In this document: in pieces, positions 26,759 through 32,000 of the stretch
Position numbering within the stretch: the first letter of the stretch is position 1
How the letters are laid out: every line of letters starts with the position of its first letter
Assembly: GCF_003010495.1 (NCBI RefSeq)
Contig: NZ_CP027570.1
Coordinates: forward strand, 420,001-452,000
Direction: 5' to 3'
Origin: Megasphaera elsdenii DSM 20460
GTDB lineage: Bacteria > Bacillota > Negativicutes > Veillonellales > Megasphaeraceae
DNA length: 32,000 bases
Position numbers and translations under genes: made by a program
Notes under the pieces: model-generated
What the model saw: the letters and a program-made list of their open reading frames with translations, nothing else
Told to the model about the DNA's origin: nothing
The model's database searches: none

Positions 26759-28069
26759 TTATTGTTTATTTGTTTTGCCTGTATCGCGGTTGTTATCGGA
26801 CGACTGACGGCTTTTCGACGAATCGGAACTCTTAGTATTCGTCGACTTATCGTCAGACCGGCTGCGAGTCGTACTCTGGGAGCTGGAAGTCGATTCACTG
26901 CGCCGTGTTTCCTGAGAAGAGCTGCGGCTCGGCGCCGATGCACCGATGGAATCGGCTTCGGCTACGACGTTGTCGATGAGCTGTTCCAGGACCTCGCGGT
27001 CGGCCTGGGACAGGTTCGTGCTTTCATTGAGCATATCCTTGGCCTGCTGAGCCAGGCTCTGAGCCTGGGAACGGGCCGAGCTGCGGCTGATGGAGCCGTT
27101 GCGGTACTGGACCTTCAGGCTGCGCAGTTCATTGGAAATGTCATTGGCCTTGCTGCGGATACGGGCAGCCACCATTTCGCCGCTGCGCTGTTTCCGGGCA
27201 TCAGCATCCTGCAGGCGCTTGTCTTCTTCCCGGTTTTCCAGCAGTTCTTCCTGCTGCTGTTCGGCCACTTTATCCAGGGACGCCGCCGTCACATGGGTCC
27301 CAACGTAGTATTCATAGCCCATGTAGCCCAAGATGATGAGTGGAATACAGAGAAGCATCATTTCGACTTTGCGCATATGGGCGGCCCGCTTCCAGCTGAT
27401 GACATTCTTGCGGCGGTGTTCCATGATGAGGACGATGATCAGGACGAGGACGACCAGGAACAAGGCGATATAGATGAACAATTTATGCCAGACCGTGGCC
27501 TGAAGCTTGATTTCCGTCGGGTTGGAATTGGACAGATTCCACAGATAGGTGCTGCCCTGGTCGTCGGCTTTATCGCTGTTGCTGACGACGCGGGTTCCGG
27601 ACGGGAAGGAAACGATGTATTCCAGGTCGACGCCGTTTTCCGGCATCGGTGCGCCTAAGCGCAGGCTCTGGATGCTGTCTCCATCAAAATTATAATCGAT
27701 ATAATAAGTCGAACAGATGAGGCCGTCGTGCGTCTTGTGGACGATATGGTCGACAGAGCTCTTGCTGGCCCCGTCTTTGGTGATGGTCTTCATGGCCCGG
27801 AAGCCTTCGCCATTATCATTGTTATAATCCATAATGGTATAATTGCGCTTCTGGAATTCATCGGCATCATCTTTCAAGGACTTCTGTCCCTGAGCCGAAT
27901 CGGACACCTTCAGGACATCCTGTGTTTCGCTGCCATCGTCGTGGATGATGGTCTGCGCCCGGAACCCCGATAAGAGGAAGAACGCTGCCAACAGCATGAC
28001 CGTCATAGCAATCTTGGCAATTTTCGCGTATGCTTTCATAGTCTCCTCGCTTTCTTTCTGTGCCGTCAT
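26759..28069 (-). CDS. Hypothetical membrane protein: signal anchor, beta-rich extracytoplasmic domain, 2 TM segments, coiled coil, Ser/Arg/Thr-rich tail
   Basis: Hydrophobic segments MTVMLLAAFFLLSGF, LFIYIALFLVVLVLIIVLIM and MMLLCIPLIILGYMGY. Heptad-rich QQQEELLENREEDKRLQ region. Low-complexity SSSQSTTRSRSDDKSTNTKSSDSSKSRQSS tail. The ATG overlaps the upstream stop (ATGA 28066-28069). An alternative start at 28039 follows GAGGAG. Confidence 0.7.
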   Translation of the reverse strand: MTAQKESEETMKAYAKIAKIAMTVMLLAAFFLLSGFRAQTIIHDDGSETQDVLKVSDSAQGQKSLKDDADEFQKRNYTIMDYNNDNGEGFRAMKTITKDGASKSSVDHIVHKTHDGLICSTYYIDYNFDGDSIQSLRLGAPMPENGVDLEYIVSFPSGTRVVSNSDKADDQGSTYLWNLSNSNPTEIKLQATVWHKLFIYIALFLVVLVLIIVLIMEHRRKNVISWKRAAHMRKVEMMLLCIPLIILGYMGYEYYVGTHVTAASLDKVAEQQQEELLENREEDKRLQDADARKQRSGEMVAARIRSKANDISNELRSLKVQYRNGSISRSSARSQAQSLAQQAKDMLNESTNLSQADREVLEQLIDNVVAEADSIGASAPSRSSSQETRRSESTSSSQSTTRSRSDDKSTNTKSSDSSKSRQSSDNNRDTGKTNKQ

Positions 28070-28740
28070 TCTTCTTTCGGCGGTACCATTCCGGTATCGA
28101 CGAGATGAGGCCGGTCAAATAAGGTCTGGGCCTCTTTCTCCTGGCGGGCCTTGGCCATGGCCGCGCCATTGCTGATATCCGCCAAGGGAATCCCATTGAC
28201 GAAGATGCCCTCGATGACGCCTTCCCCCCGCTTGATGCGGATACTGGCGATGATGTTGTCATCCTGGCGGAGCCCATAGATGCCATCGGTCAGTTCCGGA
28301 GCCAGGCGGTAGCGGTCAAAGCCGACCTGGAACTGGACGTAGCCATCTTGATAGGAAACGACGGTGGCCTGCATATAGTCGCCGCCGACGAAAGGCTTGG
28401 ATGCCGAAGCCCCCTGGATTTCCATAAGGCCTGAAGCATCCCGTGAAATATAAACATAAATCTGCTGTCCCGTTTCTGGCGGCGTGTCGTCCCGCCACCG
28501 GGTCGTATCTTCGGGGAAGACGACGCGGACATAATCCGTCCCGAAAGAAGCTACTTCCAGACGGGGAACGCAGCGCCACTGATAAGGGATCCCATCGACA
28601 GCGATGTTATGCCAGCGCCATCCCATATAGGCGACGACGGCGAACTGGATGAGGACGACAAGGGTGAAAAAGATCCAGCGATACCGTCCGTCGAGCGAAA
28701 AGGAAAGATGGAGTCCCTGCAAAGGCGGTGAAAATTTCAT
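28066..28740 (-). CDS. GDYXXLXY domain-containing membrane-anchored protein
   Basis: One N-terminal TM segment (WIFFTLVVLIQFAVVAYMGW) followed by FGTDYVRVVF, which matches the GDYxxLxY signature. Start chosen at MKFSPP (ATG 28740) behind GGAGG, overlapping the upstream stop (ATGA). Confidence 0.7.
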   Translation of the reverse strand: MKFSPPLQGLHLSFSLDGRYRWIFFTLVVLIQFAVVAYMGWRWHNIAVDGIPYQWRCVPRLEVASFGTDYVRVVFPEDTTRWRDDTPPETGQQIYVYISRDASGLMEIQGASASKPFVGGDYMQATVVSYQDGYVQFQVGFDRYRLAPELTDGIYGLRQDDNIIASIRIKRGEGVIEGIFVNGIPLADISNGAAMAKARQEKEAQTLFDRPHLVDTGMVPPKEE

Positions 28741-30554
28741 TTTCGATTGCCTCCTTGATGAGACCACGGCGAGTGGGTAAAGTATTTTTTACGTTTCGGA
28801 GCCGGCTTCATCGAACTCCACGGCGATTCCGTGATCCGCGGCTTTTCTTCCGGCACCGGTTCCTGAGGAACAGCCATCTGCTGCGGCACGGCCTCCGTCG
28901 TTTCGTGGACGGTCTGGCTGACCGGCACTATAGGCGTTACGTCAGATTTCTCTGTATCGGCAGCCGGAGCCGTAAAGGTGAAAGCTGGCGGAGCTTCTGC
29001 CGGTTCGGCTGGTACAGGCGGTGCTTTCGGCAAATCGTCTGCCTTTTCTTCCCCAGCCGGTTCCGCAGACAGCCCCAATTCGGCCGGCGATGGGATACGG
29101 ACGTCCTTCATCCATTCGGCCAGACTGTCGGCATCACTGGCCGCATCCTGGACCTGCCAGGACGGCGTCGCATCCTTAGGCGGCACGTCGGCCTCACGGT
29201 CTTCTTTCACCTGGCCGCGGACGCGCGTCGACGAATGGCGAAGGCCGGTCCGCCGGGCTGCGCGCAAAGCTGCCCAGGCCTTAGCCTTCCGGGTCCGTTT
29301 GAACTGGAAAAGGATCAGTGCCAGGACGACGATTGCCAGCAGCGGTGCCAGCGGTGAGAACTGGGTCCCAAAAATGAAGGCCAGGATCAGACTGACAAAA
29401 AGGACGACGCCGAACTTCATATGCAGGCTGTGACCGGGCTTAAAGCCCTGGGACGTTTCAAAGAAACCTAAGACGACCATGTACAGCGACGACAAGACCA
29501 GGGGAATCGAAGAATAGAGCCCGGCCCGGACGAGAAGGGTTTCAAAGGCCAGGATGAACGGGACGGCCAAGTACAAGACCGGTCCCCACAAGCGTTTCTT
29601 TACGGTCCTGGCCATGAGGGCGATCATCACGGCAAAGAGGACGAGCGTCACCAAAGCCGTCACCCAATGGAACTCGTGTACCCTGGCAATCCCGTCCCAG
29701 GCAGCAGGCAGACAGGAAATGAGCAGGGATCCGGCAGCGGCAAAACGGCCGAACCAGCGGAAAGGGACACCCCAGGACTGATGGATGTCGATAGAATACC
29801 CGATCAGCATGATTGTCACGGCCAGGCTCCCCAATAAGAGGAAGGGGATATAGTCCGTCGCCCGGGCGGACAAGCCAAAGGCGGCGAAGACCGTCATGGT
29901 CATGAGCCAGGAAAAACCGGACAGGCGCCGTTCATCGCGCATGGTGATGAGGGTATTATAAAAAGGTACGGCCAGCAGGAGCAGGACCCATAACAGCGCC
30001 GTCCCGCCGGGCGTATTCATGGGGCCGCCGGCAGCCGTCCAATACAGGAGAGACAAATCATAGACGACCAGGGCCGCCAGGGACCGCAGCAGGTAGACCA
30101 CAGGCAGGCAGAGGAGGGCGCAGACGGCGACATAGGCCGTCACATCCCAGCCGATATAAAAAGACTGCTCGGCCATCGCCAGGACAGCAAAGATGCCCAG
30201 GCAATGGACCAGGGCCACGCCTTCAGCGACGAGGCTTCCCTGCCGTTCCTGGAACATGGCGGCGCCGACGCCGATCTGGGTAATCAGGAGCAGGACACAG
30301 GCCAGTCCCATGCGGACCGTAATCGACACGTAGTACCAGAACTGGGAAACGCCCCAAATCAGGGCGATACCGGCCGCAGCCAGGCCGATGACGGCCAGCA
30401 GGGCATATAAAGGCAGGGTCGTCAAAAGAGATTTCCTTTGTTCGTCCCTGCCATAAGATTTTCGTATTTTTTGCCGGGCTTCTTCGCTGATCCAGCCTTT
30501 AGAAACCCAGTCATCGACTTTTCTGTCGAGCCATACATTGGTATTTCGTTCCAT
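28737..30554 (-). CDS. Polytopic membrane protein (DUF2157/DUF4401-like) with a roughly 190-aa Pro/Ala/Glu-rich C-terminal tail
   Basis: Soluble N-terminal cap MERNTNVWLDRKVDDWVSKGWISEEARQKIRKSYG, then about 12 hydrophobic helices, then a disordered tail (PKAPPVPAEPAEAPPAFTFTAPAADTEK). Start at ATG 30554 behind GGAGG. The family call rests on the known DUF2157/GDYXXLXY gene pairing. Confidence 0.65.
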   Translation of the reverse strand: MERNTNVWLDRKVDDWVSKGWISEEARQKIRKSYGRDEQRKSLLTTLPLYALLAVIGLAAAGIALIWGVSQFWYYVSITVRMGLACVLLLITQIGVGAAMFQERQGSLVAEGVALVHCLGIFAVLAMAEQSFYIGWDVTAYVAVCALLCLPVVYLLRSLAALVVYDLSLLYWTAAGGPMNTPGGTALLWVLLLLAVPFYNTLITMRDERRLSGFSWLMTMTVFAAFGLSARATDYIPFLLLGSLAVTIMLIGYSIDIHQSWGVPFRWFGRFAAAGSLLISCLPAAWDGIARVHEFHWVTALVTLVLFAVMIALMARTVKKRLWGPVLYLAVPFILAFETLLVRAGLYSSIPLVLSSLYMVVLGFFETSQGFKPGHSLHMKFGVVLFVSLILAFIFGTQFSPLAPLLAIVVLALILFQFKRTRKAKAWAALRAARRTGLRHSSTRVRGQVKEDREADVPPKDATPSWQVQDAASDADSLAEWMKDVRIPSPAELGLSAEPAGEEKADDLPKAPPVPAEPAEAPPAFTFTAPAADTEKSDVTPIVPVSQTVHETTEAVPQQMAVPQEPVPEEKPRITESPWSSMKPAPKRKKYFTHSPWSHQGGNRK

Positions 30555-30659
30555 AGTTGCCTCCAGGCACTCATTTTTCAAACAGGCAAAAAAAGGCATA
30601 CCTGTGTACCCAGTATACCACAAAAAGAACAATTCCCCTATGGCACGACGTGAAATTTT

Positions 30660-30700
30660 AAAAAAAAAGAAGCTGTCGCATGTGCGACAGCCTTTTTTTA
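30660..30700. terminator. Bidirectional Rho-independent terminator
   Basis: A8 GA A GCTGTCGC atgt GCGACAGC C T7. The 8-bp stem is perfect. It would terminate uspA transcripts coming from the right. Confidence 0.85.
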
Positions 30701-30778
30701 GTGGTTAGCAGCTAGTGGCTAGGGGTTAGCAATACAGATTGCTTCTCCGCGAACCACTAACTACGAACCACTACTCAC
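30701..30778. repeat. Heptad-periodic intergenic element, copy E
   Basis: GTGGTTA GCAGCTA GTGGCTA GGGGTTA. Mini-hairpin GCAAT-acag-ATTGC (30729-30742). Then GAACCAC TAACTAC GAACCAC TACTCAC, ending at the uspA stop codon. Confidence 0.7.
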
Positions 30779-31224
30779 TATTTAACGATCAATACGGGGC
30801 AGACCGAATGGGTGACGACATAGCTGCTGACGGAACCCATGAACAAGCCTTTCAACGGCCCGAGGCCGCGGCTGCCCATGACGATGAGGTCGGCATTGTA
30901 TTTCTTGGCCACCGACAAGACGGCCGGACCGGGCGAACCGACTTCAAAGACACTCTTGACTTCGATGTTCTGGGGAATGGATTTCGCAAATTCGTCGAGG
31001 ATGCCCTTCCCTTCTTCTTCCATGTCCAAAGCGACCTGTTCCGTGACGTAGCCGCTGGCATTGGGGATCTGGTCGAAGTTAGAAATGACCGATACGATGT
31101 TGGCGACATAGACCAGCGTAATCGTAGCGCCTAAGGACGAGGCGATGACGACGGCATGTTCCAGCGCGCGTTTTGAGTTAACAGAACCGTCCGTCGGTAC
31201 GATGATGTTATTATATTTTTTCAT
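30778..31224 (-). CDS. uspA: Universal stress protein (UspA family)
   Basis: 148 aa. Motifs ILVPTDGS-like (IIVPTDGSVNS) and the C-terminal GSRGLGPLKGLFMGSVS nucleotide-binding motif. RBS AAGGAGGG. Confidence 0.9.
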   Translation of the reverse strand: MKKYNNIIVPTDGSVNSKRALEHAVVIASSLGATITLVYVANIVSVISNFDQIPNASGYVTEQVALDMEEEGKGILDEFAKSIPQNIEVKSVFEVGSPGPAVLSVAKKYNADLIVMGSRGLGPLKGLFMGSVSSYVVTHSVCPVLIVK

Positions 31225-31414
31225 ATGAATCCCTCCTTATTAAGGCCTGTACTTATCCTTGATATATATATTCGCCATGACTTTTATGGATTCCTTCTTT
31301 GTCATCCAAAATTTTTTCAGAAAATGTCCGCTTTTTATTTTTAGAAATCTATCCGGCCTATACTTAAATGACCATGCGAAATCTGAAAAATGAGTATAAA
31401 CTTTCATGTCTCTA

Positions 31415-31423
31415 TGCTATAAT
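31415..31423 (+). promoter_or_regulatory. Candidate extended -10 promoter for the permease gene
   Basis: TGcTATAAT at 31415-31423, about 65 nt upstream of the ATG at 31487. The -35 element is poor. Confidence 0.4.
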
Positions 31424-31486
31424 ACTGAATATGATTGTAATATTTTTAAGTTTCTCTGCAATCAGATAATAAGAAAGGTGGTTTTT

Positions 31487-32000
31487 ATGACACATGAACT
31501 CGTAAGTGCGACCTTGCCCGTATGGAGTATCATCCCCTTCGCCGGGATGCTCTTGTCCATCGCCATCGTGCCCCTTGTCCGCCCGGAATGGTGGGAAAAG
31601 CACATGCTCGGTGCAGCCATCGCCTGGTCTCTTTTGTTCCTCATCCCCTTCGCTGCAGCTTATGGCGTCGGTGAATCGTGGTTCCGGCTCTTAGAATCGG
31701 TCCTCCTCGACTACATTCCCTTCATCGTCCTCCTCTTCGGCCTGTTCGTCGTCGCCGGCGGCATCGCCGTCCGCGGCACCTTAGCCGGTACGACGAAGAT
31801 CAACTGCCTCCTGCTGTTCATCGGCACGTTCCTGGCCAGCTGGATTGGTACGACCGGCGCTGCCATGCTGCTCATCCGTCCCCTCATCCGGGCCAATGCC
31901 TGGCGCAAGAACAAAGTACACCTCATGGTGTTCTTCATCTTCCTCGTCGCCAACATGGGCGGCTGTCTGACACCGCTCGGCGATCCTCCCCTGTTCATGG
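31487..32000 (+). CDS. ArsB/NhaD-superfamily permease (annotated in relatives as sodium:proton antiporter), N-terminal part; continues past the right edge
   Basis: ATG at 31487 behind AAGAAAGGTGG. Hand translation is MTHELVSATLPVWSIIPFAGMLLSIAIVPLVRPEWWEKHMLGAAIAWSLLFLIPF..., consecutive hydrophobic helices with no stop before 32000. Confidence 0.6.
   Translation, partial: MTHELVSATLPVWSIIPFAGMLLSIAIVPLVRPEWWEKHMLGAAIAWSLLFLIPFAAAYGVGESWFRLLESVLLDYIPFIVLLFGLFVVAGGIAVRGTLAGTTKINCLLLFIGTFLASWIGTTGAAMLLIRPLIRANAWRKNKVHLMVFFIFLVANMGGCLTPLGDPPLFM

Overview
This window looks like a core chromosomal segment of an anaerobic Firmicute. By eye it is roughly 55% GC with strong GC3 bias. A Negativicutes or Megasphaera-like origin is my guess only. 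Most genes lie on the minus strand. From left to right: coaX (partial), birA, ftsH, hpt, tilS, a Ppx/GppA phosphatase, a YabR-like S1-domain protein and divIC/ftsB. These are followed by a GlcD-like FAD oxidase, an FMN riboswitch driving an isolated ribBA, and a divergent pair made of a Crp/Fnr regulator and a 4Fe-4S protein. Next come an Lrp/AsnC regulator and a complete rnfCDGEAB-apbE operon. An intact IS1182-family insertion sequence follows, and then pyrG, argS with its DUF1934 partner, and a flavodiiron protein. The right end holds a three-gene membrane cluster of unknown function (DUF2157-like, GDYXXLXY, coiled-coil membrane protein), uspA, and the start of an ArsB/NhaD-type permease. 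I found no rRNA, tRNA, CRISPR array, prophage or recognisable defence system. The window is mostly ordinary housekeeping DNA. The least ordinary items are: (1) a family of heptad-periodic, palindromically arranged intergenic elements next to terminators, with five copies, one carrying 6 perfect GAGCCAC repeats; (2) the translationally coupled unknown-function membrane cluster; (3) a 51-codon ORF in frame with the flavodiiron gene and separated from it by a single TAA; (4) the IS, whose ends resemble the local terminators and whose transposase mRNA looks leaderless. All family names come from motif recognition by eye. No database search was run.
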